This document shows positions 38,966 to 51,769 of a stretch of 64,000 bases of DNA, piece by piece. Under the pieces are notes generated by a model. That model worked only from the letters and a program-made list of their open reading frames with translations, was not told the origin of the DNA and ran no database searches. Every line of letters begins with the position of its first letter. Within the stretch, counting starts at the first letter, position 1. Both the position numbers and the translations under genes were made by a program. Source of the DNA: Squalus acanthias (taxonomy: Eukaryota); the NCBI GenBank assembly GCA_030390025.1, contig CM059431.1:106890001-106954000 (forward strand), read 5' to 3'.

Positions 38966-41592
38966 GATATAATTCATCCACCTGATTACAAATGCTCCTC
39001 GCATTAAGACACAAAGCCTTCAGGCTTGTTTTTTTAACACTCTTAGACCTTTTAGAATTATTGTTTACTGTGTCCATGTTTGATTTACACCCTTGAATTC
39101 TCTGACTTCCACTTTTGCTTTTCTCCTTCCTGTCTTTTGCTTCTATCCTTGCTTCCCTTTCCTCTGTCTCCCTGCACAGGTTCCCAACCCCCTGCCATTT
39201 TAGTTTAAACCCTTCCCAACAGCACTAGCAAACACTTCCCCCAGGACATTGGTCCCGGTCCTGCCCAGGTACAAACCGTCCAATTTGTACTGGTCCCACC
39301 TCCCCTAGAACCAGTTCCAATGTCCCAGGAATTTGAATCCCTCCCCCTTGCACCAATCTTCTAGTCACGTATTCATCTGAAAAATCCTTCTATTTCTACT
39401 CTGACTAGTACGTGGCACTGGTAGCAATCCTGAGATTACTACCTTTGAGGTCCTATTTTTAATTTACCTCCTATCTCCCTATATTCAGCTTTTAGGACCT
39501 CATCCCATTTTTTTACCTATATCGTTGGTACCTATATGCACCACGACAACTGGCTGTTCACCCTCCCCCTCCAGAATGCCCTTCAGCCGCTCCAAGACAT
39601 CCGGCCTCTGCGCAAATAGATGTAAATGGATATGATATAATTGGGATTATGGAGACATGGCTCCAGGGTGATCAAGGTTGGGAATTCAACATCCAGGGGT
39701 ATTCAATATTCAGGAAGGACAGGCAAAAAGGAAAAGGAGGTGGGGTAGCATTGCTGGTTAAAGAGGAGATTAACACAATAGTAAGGAAGGATATTAGCTC
39801 TGATGATGTGGAATCTGTATGGGTAGAGTTGAGAAATACCAAGGGGCAGAAAACGTTAGTGGGAGTTGTATACAGACCCCCAAACAGTAATGCTGAGGTT
39901 GGGTATGGCTTTAAATCGGAAATTAGAGATGCGTGCAATAAGGGCACAGCAGTTATCATGGGTGACTTTAATCTACATTTAGATTGGGCTAACCAAATTA
40001 GTAACAATACTGTGGGAGAGGAATTCCTAGAGTGTATACGGGATGGTTTCCTGGACCAATATATCGAGGAACCAACTAGAGATCAGGCCATCTTAGACTG
40101 GGTATTATGTAATGAGAAAGGATTAATTAGCAATCTTGTTGTGCGAGGCCCCTTGGGGAGGAGCGATCATAATATGATAGAATTCTTCATTAAGATGGAG
40201 AGTGAAGTAGTAGTTGACTCAGAGACTAGGGTACTGAATTTAAATAAAGGAAACTATGATGGTATGAGGTGCGAGTTAGCTAGGATGGATTGGGGAATGT
40301 TAATTAAAGGTTTGACGGTGGATAGGCAATGGCAAACATTTAAAGATTGCATGGATGAACTACAGAATTTGTTTCTCGCTGTTTGGCATAAAAATAAAAC
40401 AAAAAAGGTGACTCAACCGTGGCTAACAAGGGAAATTAGGGATAGCATAAGATCCAAGGAGAGGACATATAAATTGGCCAGAAAAAGCAGCAAACCTGAG
40501 ATTGGGAGCAGTAGCAAAGAGTTGGAATAAATGGGTCTTTTTCTGAGTGGCAGGCAGTGACTAGTGGGGTACCGCAGGGATCGGTGCTAGGACCCCAGTT
40601 ATTCACAATTTATATTAATGATCTAGACGAGGGAACTAGATGTAATATCTCCAAGTTTGCAGATGACACAAAGCTGGGTGGGCGTGTGTGCTGTGAGGAG
40701 GATGCAGAGAAACTCCAGTATGATTTGGACAGGTTGGGTGATTGGGCAGATGCATGGCAGATGCAGTATAATGTGGATAAATGCGAGGTTATCCACTTTG
40801 GTGGCAAAAACAGGAAGGCAGATTATTATCTGAACAGCAATAGATTTGGAAAAGGGGAAGTGCAACGAGACCTGGGTGTCTTTGTGCACCAGTCGCTGAA
40901 GGTAAGCATGCAGGTGCAGCAGGCGGTTAAGAAGGCAAATGGTATGTTGGTCTTCATAGTGAGAGGATTCGAGTACAGGAGCAAGGATGTCTTGCTGCAG
41001 TTGTGCAGGGCCTTGGTGAGACCACACCTTGAGTATTGTGTGCAATTTTGGTCGCCTTATCTGAGGAAGGATTTTCTTGCCATGGAGGGAGTGCAGCGAA
41101 GAATCACCAGACTGATACCTGGGATGGCAGGAATGACGTATGAAGAGAGATTGGGTCGATTAGGCTTATATTCGCTAGAGTTTAGAAGAATGAGAGGGTA
41201 TCTCATTGAAACTTATAAAATTCTAACAGGACTAGACAGACTAGATGCAGGAAGGCTGTTCCCGATGGCGGGGGAGTCCAGAACCAGGAGTCACACTCTA
41301 AGGATAAGGGGTAAGCCATTTAGGACTCAGATGAGGAGGAATTTCTTCACCCAGAGAGTGGTGAACCTGTGGAATTCTCTACCACAGAAGGCAGTTGAGG
41401 CCAATTCATTAAATATATTCAAGAAGGAGTTAGATACATTTCTTAAGGCAAAAGGGATCAAGGGATATGGGGAGAAAGCAGGGACAGGGTACTGAATTTG
41501 GATGATCAGCCATGATCACATTGAATGGCGGAGCAGGCTTGAGGGGCCGAATGGCCTACTCCTGCTCCTATCTTCTATGTTTCTATGTTTCT
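38966..41592 (+). mobile_element. CR1 with inverted 5' segment and internal deletion
   Basis: 38966-39602 (minus) carries the ORF1 end and ORF2 start. 39605-40505 is APE endonuclease (ETWLQ, MGDFN, SDHN) and 40510-41495 is the RT C-half; TTTCTATG tail. Confidence 0.9.
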
Positions 41593-42135
41593 AAAACCGA
41601 AAATGCTAGAAATACTCAGCAGGTCAGGCAGCATCTGTAGAGGGAGAAACAGAGTTAACGTTTCAGGTCATTGACCCTTCGTCAGAACTGGAAAAAGCTG
41701 GAGATGGAACAGGTTTTTAAGCAAGTGCAGGGGCAGGGAAAGTGGGAGGGGAGGAATGAACAAAAGGGAAGGTCTGTGATAGGATGGAAGGCAGGAGAGA
41801 TTAAGAGACAAAAGTGATGATGGTGTAAGGCAAAAGGAGATGGTAGTGGGACAAGTTAAGAAACAAAAGATACAAAAACAAAATACTGCAGATGCTGGAA
41901 ATCTGAAATAAAAACAGAAAATGCTGGAGATACTCTGCAGGTCAGGCAGCATCCGTGAAGAGAGAAACAGAGTTAACATTTCAGGTCGATGACCTTTCGT
42001 CAGAACTGGAAAAAAGCAGGAAATGGAACAGATTTTTAAGCAAGTGTAGGGGCTGGGAAAGGGGGGAGGGGATGAAAGAACAAAAGGGAAGGTCTGTGAT
42101 AGGATAGAAGGCAGGAGAGGTTAAGAGACAAAAGA
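41593..42135 (-). mobile_element. Penelope-like tandem terminal repeats with hammerhead cores
   Basis: Two tandem copies. The reverse complement reads CTGACGA-AGGGTCA...ACCT-GAAACGTTA at ~41653-41690 and ~41971-42008. Confidence 0.7.
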
Positions 42136-44404
42136 TGTTTGGCAAATATGTTTTTGGCTTAGGATGGGACAAAAGTCATGCATTATTTATTTTTATTTTT
42201 ATTTTTTATTATGTGTGAAAGAAGTAATGATTCATTTCCACGCACTTGACATTGCGTTTTGTGGGCAAATGAAAAAGATTTGCCACTTTTTTTTTTAATG
42301 AAGGCAGCGTTCCTTTAAATAGTGAGTCTGTATTTTGGTATGTGTGTGGGGAAATCGGGAAGTAAAATACTGGAAGCTATACACTAATTAGATCATTTCT
42401 GATACCTACTTGCAAATTGGTGTAAAATAGCATCACATTTGCTGGCTGCTCTATAGCACCTCCTATTGCCTCATTAACAGAAGTGTTACTCTCTGCTGGT
42501 AGACCAAACGCTTGCGTTCTCGGGGTGTGGTGTATAACAGGAAAACATTGTGAAAGGGAAAGATAAGAAGAATTAAAAATGGGCGAGGAAATAAACATTT
42601 ATAGGTAGCTTTCAACAGAAATATTGGGCACTGTCTATAACTTGCTGAGGGAATTTTTATTTCTCCGAGCCTGGAAATGAACTGTTGTCATGGCAATAGG
42701 AAATTATTAGATAAATCCACCCTGTTGTCCTCCAGTTAAAAGTCTTCGTGTTCTTGCTGGGAATACTCTGATTATAGTCCATTGGGCTTAGTTTAAAGCA
42801 TGCCAAGCAAACTTTTCACCACAACATAAAAACAGGTGCGAGATGTGATCATTCTAAGATAAATTAATTTAATGGTAGTGATAAGCAGTTAGTCCGCTTT
42901 ATCATGCACTCTGAGGCAGATACATTGTTAATTCAGTCTTCTTTTTCATTTCACTTTCCAGTAATAAATTTGGATACACACAATGACTTGATCTTCGCTA
43001 CAAACCTTCATTGAAAAGTAAATAAATGAATACTCACGATACGATGTCAGCTACTATTTCACTAAATAGGCGGGGAGATGGAAGTAAACCGTGAAGAATA
43101 AGTCTGTCATGTGCCATTTTAGAGAAGGTACAATTCTGGACTGCTTTATTTTATTTTTTCTTTGTGTAGTTGGGTCTTCAGGATAAGGTAGTTAGTTTCC
43201 TGTTCTGAGAGTAAATGGATCACAGTATCTAGTTCTAATTGTGACTGTGATGGGTGCGACATTTAACGTCAGTGTGCTTCACTGATCCGGTAATCCTTAA
43301 TACCTCGGACCATGGTGCCTGATTCAGAGTATTATGTGACCTGGTGCTGATGTGATTTCTTTTTTCCAATGAGGCCAATAATCCAAACTTTTCATGTCTT
43401 CAAGCGAGGAGAAGGTGACACCTTGCCTTAATATTTAAAAGGGATTTACTTTTCAATCGTGAAATGATAATCTTATCCTTACAAGCTACAGTTTTCAGAA
43501 CGCTCTGTATATACCCGGGTGACTTTCTAATCCACATCTGCCTGAGATGAATGTTGTTTCAACTATAGGTTTCCAACATTCTTAACGTTGCTATAATATT
43601 TGCACCAAAACAATCTGTTACGTGCAGTACCTGTTCACTGCATGATTTTAAATGGGATTGATCTGTTTTACCTCACCAAATCAAATCATCAACATGGTGA
43701 ACCTTTGACACATGGGCAGAGCCGGCCTAACGCACTCTATTCACTTGCATGCAAGCAGCTAAGATTCCAAAAATGAGTGACTCTTCCTACTCCGCCCTTC
43801 AGAGCTGCTGTCGCTACTACCACCTTGATCCTGCAAAACTATTCTCATCCACAGTGGCATTTCATCTTCATAGCAACAGGAGCATTCTGAGAGCGGAAGT
43901 GAAAAGAGAGTGCCGGTGGGACCTGGGGGAGAATGGGAGTGAAGGGCGCTTGTGAGAATTCAGGGAGTGGTGGGGGGCAGGTTCAAAGTGCCAGCACAAC
44001 TGAGGGAGGGGCAGGGAGCTGAAAGGTGACAACAGAAACTGAAGAAGCTGGGTGGGGTGGGGGGGGGGGGGCTGGGGGTGCAGAGGAGGTAGGGTGAAAG
44101 ATGCCAGTATGAACTAATGGTGAAGAGTGCCAGTGCAAGTTACGAGGTTAAATCGGGGCGTGATCCTGGTGCACTGTGTGCCCCTAATGAGATCGGCAGC
44201 AGGGCAGTGCAACTTGGTCCACCGGCCTCATTGGCACGGGACCGGCGATCTGTGGGCGCATTTCGCTGCCTCGAAGGCAGGTCACCCGGTCATGGGGGGG
44301 CGGGGTGGGGGGAACAGCAAACTGGAGACTGCCTCTCCCCTTCGTACTCTCCTGAGGCTACCGGAAAAGGGGTGAACGGTGGGAGCCCGCAGTTTTTATG
44401 TGTA

Positions 44405-44870
44405 AGAAAGACTTGCATTTATGCAGCGCCCTTCACGACCACCGGATGTCTCAAAGCGCTTTACAACCAATAAAGTACTTTTTGAAGTGGAGTCATTGTT
44501 GTGATGTGGAAAACGCATCAGCCAATTTGCACACAGCAAGCTCCCACAAACAGCAATGTGATAATGACCAGATAATCTGTTGTTGTTATGTTGGTTGAGG
44601 GAGAAATATTGGCCACAACACCGGGGATAACTCCCCTACTCTTCTTCGAAATAGTGCCATGGAATCTTTTACGTCCACCTGAGAGAGCAGACGGGGCCTC
44701 GGTTTAACCTCTGATCCGACAGACGGCACCTCCGACAGTGCAGCACTCCCTCAGCACTGCATTGAAGTGTTAGCCTAGATTTTATGTGCTCAAGTCCCTG
44801 GAGTGGGACTTGAACCCACAACCTTCTGACTCAGAGGCGAGTGTGCTACCCACTGAGCCTGAGATGACAC
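44405..44870 (-). mobile_element. Deu-type tRNA SINE
   Basis: Reverse complement of the 5521-5905 family. Confidence 0.85.
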
Positions 44871-44917
44871 AGTGCGGCGACAGAAGGAATACTCCTGCTC
44901 CTCCTAGCTCTGCATTA

Positions 44918-45365
44918 GGTGTCAGCTGTGGCTCAGTGGGTAGCACTTTCACCTCTGTATCAGAAGGGTGTGGGTTCACAGTCCCACTCCAGGGACTTGA
45001 GTGCAAAATCTAGGCTAACACTTCAGTGCAGCACTGAGGGAGTGCTGCACTGTCGGAGGTGCTGTCTTTAGGATGGGACGTTAAACCGAGGCCCTGTTTA
45101 CACGTTCAGGCGGACATAAAATATCCCATGGCAATATTAGAATTAGGACAGGGGAGCTCTCCCTGGTGTCCTGGCCAATATTTATCTCTCAATCAACATT
45201 ACTGAAACAGATTATCTGGTCGTTATCACATTGCTGTTTGTGGGAGCTTGCTGTGCACAAATTGGCTGCCACGTTTCCTACATTACAACAGTGACTACAC
45301 TTTAAAAAAAGTACTTCATTGGCTGTAAAGCACTTTGGGACAACCTGAGTTTGTGAAAAGGCGCT
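44918..45365 (+). mobile_element. Deu-type tRNA SINE
   Basis: A box GTGGCTCAGTGGG; same family as 5521-5905. Confidence 0.85.
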
Positions 45366-45736
45366 TTTTTTAAGGTCCCTTTAAGGACCACTGGTTTGGC
45401 TGCTGAGGGTCTGAAGAGACTGGCGCGGTGGTGTTCTCTTGTCTTCATATGTGAGTTGTGTCTAAAACTGGTGCTAATTCCCCCTGAGCAGTAATGTGTT
45501 AAATAGCATACAAATTTCCTAGACCAGCTCACTTGCATCATTAGTCACAGTTCCAGGTGCACACCAGGTCAAGTGCAATGGGCACAACAACAATGAGAAC
45601 AGAAAATTGCCTGGAAATGAAATTTAAAGGGAAATGGCACAATCGGAGTGGGAGTGCGCAAACAATTCTGAAAGCCTTTAGAAAGGCTCGGTTGGCATCT
45701 CCACCCATTACCATCCTTTACCAATGCTGACAGGGC

Positions 45737-46320
45737 AACACAACAACAACTTGTATTTATATAGCGCCTTTAACGTTGTAAAACGTCCCAAGACGCTGCA
45801 CAGGAGTATTTTAAGACAAAAAACTTGACTCTGAGCCACATAAGGATAAATTAGGGCAGGTGACCAAAAGCTTCGGTCAAAGAGGTAGGTTTTCAGGAGC
45901 GTCTTAAAGGAGGAAAGTGAGGTAGTGAGGCGGAGAGGTTTATGCAGGGAATTCCAAAGCTTAGAGCCCGGGCAACAGAAGGCACGGCCGCTAAAGGTTG
46001 AGCAATTATAATCAGGGATCCTCAAGAGGGCAGAATTAGAGGAGCGCAAATACCTCGGGAGGGTTGTGGGGCTGGAGGAGATTACAGAGATAGGAAGGGG
46101 CGAGGCCATGAAGGGTTTTGAAAACAAGGATGAGAATTTTGAAATTGAGGCGCTGCTTAACCGGGAGCTAATGTAGGTCAGCGAGCACAGGGGTGATGAG
46201 TGAATGGGACTTGGTGCGAGTTAGGACACGGGCAGCAGAGTTTTGGATGACCTCAAGTTTACATAGGGTGGAATGTGGGAGGCCAGCCAGGAGTGCGTTG
46301 GAATAGTCAAGTCTAGAGCT
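45737..46320 (-). mobile_element. L2-type LINE 3' fragment
   Basis: SRLDYSNALLAGLP...ITPVLADLH; (CAA)n tail. Confidence 0.9.
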
Positions 46321-46599
46321 CTTGAGGCAGGGGATTAAGAGGTGACAGCCAAAAATGAAGGTGAAAGAAGCGTGATGTGCAAGCACGAGAGGGAAGCTGA
46401 CCACTTCTGTCACTGTCAGTTCATTGTGCCAGTCCTAAGATGCATGTTAGCAAGCATCTTTACAGGTGATGGCAAATACTTTCAACGTACCAGATAAAAC
46501 CAACATTTATTTTATTATGGAACAATTAGGCAATATTGGTATCAGACAGCAATTTTAAGAAAGAATGTAAGTTTTATTAAAACCAACTGTTACAAGTTT

Positions 46600-47148
46600 T
46601 GCAAAAGCAAAATAACGCGGATGCCGGAAATCTGAAATAAAAACACAAAATGCTGGTTAATACTCAGCAGGTCAGGTAGCATCAGTGGAGAGAGAAACAA
46701 TTAGCGTTTCAGGTCGATGACCTTTCGTCAGAACTGGAAAAGATTAGAGATGCCACAGATGTTAAGCAAGGGGCAGGGAAAGCTGGGAGGGGAGGAAGGA
46801 ACAAAAGGGAAGGTCTGTGATAGGGTGGAAGGCAGGAGAGATTAAATGACAAAAGGGATGATGGGGCAAGGCAAAAATAGATGGGTAATGGGACAAGGAA
46901 AGAAACAAAAGATGGGTCTAGAGGAGGTGTAAATGGGAATAGTAGAATCATCAGCAACGGCTGCCGTCTGAAAAAAAGGGGGCAGAGGTTATGATCTGAA
47001 ATTGTTGAACTCAGTGTTGAGTCTGGAAGGCTGTAAAGTGCCTAATAGAAAGATGAGGTGCTGTTCCTCGAGCTTACATTGAGCTTCAATGGAACAGTGT
47101 CGGAGGCCGAGGTCAGAGAGGTCAGAGTGGGAGTGGTCCGGAGAATTA
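46600..47148 (-). mobile_element. Penelope-like element 3' fragment (GIY-YIG C-terminus and hammerhead-bearing repeat)
   Basis: FNSPDHSHSDLSDLGLRHC...LEEQHLIFLLGTLQPSRLN; CTGACGA...GAAAC core at ~46703-46736. Confidence 0.8.
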
Positions 47149-47775
47149 AAGTTTTGCATTTGCTTTACTAGATATTCTCTTGGGTACAGCAATGCTAGTC
47201 ACTCCTGTAAGTGGTCCAAGTATCTTGTATTCAAAAGTATGTCTGTGCTGCCGAATTATACAATGGCGCAACCTAGGAGTGTAACACTAGGACCTGAACA
47301 TTGTAAACAACCGTACAAATAGTTGGCTCATTAGCACATCATATCCTCCCTGCCACAGTGCTGCAATTTGCAGTTTTCTTTTTTTTTTAAACCTGTGCAA
47401 ATCCACCTTGTTTTAAAATACAACCTTTAAGTATAACTTATTCCGAAATCCTTGCCGCTGGAATGAAGAAAATCAGAGCCAATCTGTTTTCGTGTGCCCA
47501 TTCCCCTGAACCATCACATTACTCTATTAGCTGCATTGTTCTTCTGAGGAATGGGAAACCCCCCCAAAAATGTCAAAGTTTGACCTGGACACTCCAAGGT
47601 TGAACTTCAATGCTCAGTTTTCTGACTGGCTGACAAATTGCCCTTTGACTTGTAGCTCCTACTTCTCTGAGCTACTTACAATCGCGTCAACATGTGACAA
47701 ATTTGCAGTAAAATGCTTCAATCCTGTCATACTCGACTGTGCAAGGTACTGTCACACTTTTTCATGTGCCTCCAT

Positions 47776-48620
47776 GGGCTGGATTTTGTCAGCCCTGAGG
47801 AGGTGGGTATGGAGGCAGGACTGCCGGTAAAGTTGCAGGATTTGGGGGCGGCTGGCAAACCTGCCCCCAACCCGCCACCTTGCCCTCTTGCCAGGAGGCG
47901 GGAAGCCATCCTGCCCCGGGTCCCGTCTCCTCAAGGCGGGAAAGGGATTTAAGCCTATTAACTGCCTGTTAACAGGTAGTTAACAGGCAGAAAATAGGTT
48001 TATCCCTATTTTTAGCTCCGAAGTGCAGGCTTCCCAACCTCGGAGAACCCCGCCAGGGTGTAGGAGACGAGAAGGAGGTCTGCGGGGGTCGGAGGGGTCT
48101 GAAAGTGAGATGTAGAGGTGAGTGATGGGTGCAAGTGTGGAGTGATAAGTATGTAAGGTGAGTGTTAAGTGTTATAAAATGTTCACTTACCTTTGTTTCT
48201 GCCTACAGCCTTCAGCCGCTGTGGATCCGGAGTCCCGACATCTTCATTGTAGATTTCACAGACTGGCTGTTGGATCCTCCGAACCAACAGCCAGGTGATT
48301 TCTGCAAAGTTGAAAGGTTTGATGAGTCCTGAACACAAGGGCTCATCAAACTACACAGAATGTCAGTGTTTGACAGCTTCACAGAGCTGTCAAACGCTGA
48401 TATTTCTTCTTTCAAGAAATCTTGACAGATGGCACGTCAGACATTGATGTGCTCTGTCACTGACTTCCCCCTAATTGGCCTGCTGAGCCCGCTGGGCGGG
48501 CTTAACAAGGTCAATCAGAGGAAAGTTACGCTGGTTGGCCAGAAGCTGATGGAGGCGGGATTGAAAGCCGGCAAGCAGCAGTCCCGCCTCCAAAAGCTTC
48601 CCATTGACAAAATCCAGCCC
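47776..48620 (-). mobile_element. Harbinger MITE, copy 3
   Basis: Perfect 16-bp TIR GGGCTGGATTTTGTCA. Confidence 0.85.
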
Positions 48621-51600
48621 TAAGTGTTTTCCAGATGTGCAGAGAGGAACTTGATGTACCACAACTGGCTGCAATAGATAACTTGGGAACAGATATGTGT
48701 TATAGAAAGCTATCTGGAAGGTCCACATTCAAGAATACTTACACATAACATTTTGGACCCATTTCTCTGTGCAAAATGAAGTAATTTATGTGCAAAGTGA
48801 AGTAATTTATTTGCAAAACAATTGATACTGCATTCCTAGCCACCAAGCCCCAAAACACAGGAAAAAAACCTTGCATCTAAATCAATTACCATCTTAAGGT
48901 ATTTGTCATACTTTATAATCCAGCAGCAATCATTAGGCATCCTCTCATCAATTCTGCATTAATTATTGTTTTCACAGTAATCCAAGAATGGTCTAAACCT
49001 ATCCTTTGTTTCCATACAAATTTTCTATACAAATTTTCTGATAGAAAGCGTTTGATATTCGGAGCAGATCCAAAGGATTATGAAGCTAAGAAGATCAAGA
49101 GGTTAATAAATTTAACAGTTCAGCAAAAGAGTCCAAATAATTGTGATAATTTACCTTCGATTCCATCTGACTTGACTCTCCAATTCTATTTTCCCTTTTG
49201 TGGGGAAAATGTCAAGCCTCTGTTCTCTATCTTTTCCCAATGGCACCATTGAGGATGGGAGGCCAACCTACAGGCTATTACAGGCACGAACACGCAATTT
49301 ACCACATTATGGCACAGCCGATTTTGCGCTTGGGAATCAAACTGCTCATTCTTTGTGGTCTAGCGATGCCATTTACCATTCCAGACAAGGAAAATGTGTA
49401 GAAGATTTGCTATTTGTCAGGAACAATCTGCAGTTATTAAAGATGTTTGAGACTTCTGTGGGTGGACTAGTATTGTGAGATTATGAAATGTATTAAGATT
49501 TAAGAACCTAGCTTTTGTGAGATTATAAAATGAATGAAGCTTTATGATTCTAAAATGTATCATGCTTTATGAATATTCCTTTTTTTTATGAAATCGTCCT
49601 TACTGCTGATGAGACATTACTGTTGGTGGTTATCAACTGTGCAAGGCTTAGACAAGTTTTTTATAGAAATGGTCAAATCGTGCAAGGTTCAACTATGTTT
49701 TTTGCAGAAGTGGGAATGAGATTTAGCGAGCTTGTGCAGAAGTTAGGCTTGTGGCTGCGTCCTGTTATTGTAATGAAATGTCACAGGTCAAGATGAGATA
49801 ATGGCTACATAATTGAACATGCAAAGAAGCCCTCTTGGATTAAACAGATATGGAACTGTCCCCATGACAAGAGAATGGGGAAACTTCTAGAAGTCTTGCA
49901 CCCGCCACAAATGATTGGATAAGAGGAGTCAACTGACCTCAACAAAGAGGGATAAAAAGAGACTGACCTGAGATGTAGAGATGGTACATGTGGAGATGGA
50001 ATTATGGTAGTCAAATGCACTTAATGTCTCTCTGGTACGCTGGTATTGAGGAGCGGATCCATGCTGGCGAAAGCCTAATGCTCTTCTCTGCTCGTAAGAT
50101 AACCGCTGGACTGGATTAAAGAAACAATGGAGACATCGCACGCTGCACTGTCCAGTGACCGAATTTGGTAATATCCTTTGGAACTGTAAATTACTGTCAG
50201 TTAATATTAGTCTTTTCCGGCTGTATTGATTTCCACTGTATACCAATAAAACATCTACCCATTGCCAATATGGAGTCACGTCTGAATCATTAAGTTTGGG
50301 GTGTAAAACCTCTTACAGTATTCTGATCTCCCCTTTCTACCTAAGGGAACGTGCCCCCTCCACGAGATGGTATAACCGAGATCAGAAAGCTGAGGATCAC
50401 CTTGGGGGACATGAGGGTTGACCAACCATCTTTTGAAACATGGAGGTGGACCTTATATCTTGCTACTATGACCGTTGTCTTTCCTTAGATTCTTCAAGAG
50501 AACTGAAGGTTTATCTGTTGAGAATTCATACCTTCTCTTGTGTGCAGGGTACTGAAAACGATATTCAGATCTGATCTCTCTTAGCTATAGATCTAAGATG
50601 TTACAATGCAGCTCATTCTTATTTAGTATTGGGGAGAAGTCCTGAAAAAATATTCCTCTAGTTTTTTTTTTAAGAGTCACTTTAACTGTACTTAATAGAT
50701 CCTTCTTAAATTGTCAATGAAATATACCAACTTAAAAGTTACACTATTGATTTATTTCTTTTTTGTAAGTGCACATGAAATTTGGTCACACTTTCACTTT
50801 CTGGAATTGGAATGTTAAATACCAAAGTCCTAGTAAAGCCGATCAGATCCATTCTTTCTAACAACTCTGAAGTTACTAACCAAAGTGTTATTTTGTGTTG
50901 CTCATATAAGGATATGAAGAAGTGACTGACGCAGTTCAGATAAATTGTAAGAAATTTAAGTAGTGTAAATAGTGTCTTCAGCTCCTTTCGTTCAGTAGTG
51001 AATGATGCAAGGGTTTGATTTTCGTTTTTGACTTGAAAATTGAATTTAGCTTCGAGATCCAAAATCTGGATATTTGCAAAGGAAGTTGAATCAAGTGTAA
51101 TCTCCGCCATCATTTTGAGCTAGCGTCGTGGAATTAGATAAAGGTACCGTAACGTTGCAAGTAACTGTGGGACAGGATGTTAAAGACTGTTTGGATGCTC
51201 TCAATCAAATCTGTCGTTGGCACAGTGCCGCAGCAAAAAGCTACCATAACTTGGCACAAACTCGCAATCACGTTCAGAATTATTGTAATGATAGCCAATG
51301 CGGGAAGTAGTAAAAAAGTCTTGTTGGTGCAAAGGAGGGTGCTGTTATTAAGTAGGGAAATTATTGGTGCAGATTTGACCATACTGTACCTATCCTGGGA
51401 ATACTTGATGCTGAACAACAAAAGTATCAAAAGGATTTCATTTTCTGGCATTATCATTGATCTTGATGAGGGACAACCATCAGACTATCTCCTAGTCTCT
51501 GATTGGATTACCAAGGATTTGATGGCTGCACCACAGCAGAAAGCTGTGTGACGAGCAGGTAAAGTGTGAATTAAAAATCGACTTCAACCAACTTGTCTCT

Positions 51601-51769
51601 GGGAAGAACCCATTCTCTTTTGACCACAGTGACTTGTGTGCATAATTGGTTGTACAATCAGACCGTGACAGTGTATTCAATGGGAAGTGGCTGAGCCAAT
51701 GTTCCTTCGTGGTTTCTAAACAAATGCATTAAAACAATCAAGTAAAACAAGTTGCTTGGTGGTTGGGAC

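Noticed and set aside
51440..51480. Specific call of a herpes-type primase from IIIDLD
   Set aside because: A single short motif in a broken frame is insufficient; it is kept only as part of the general viral-fossil hypothesis.
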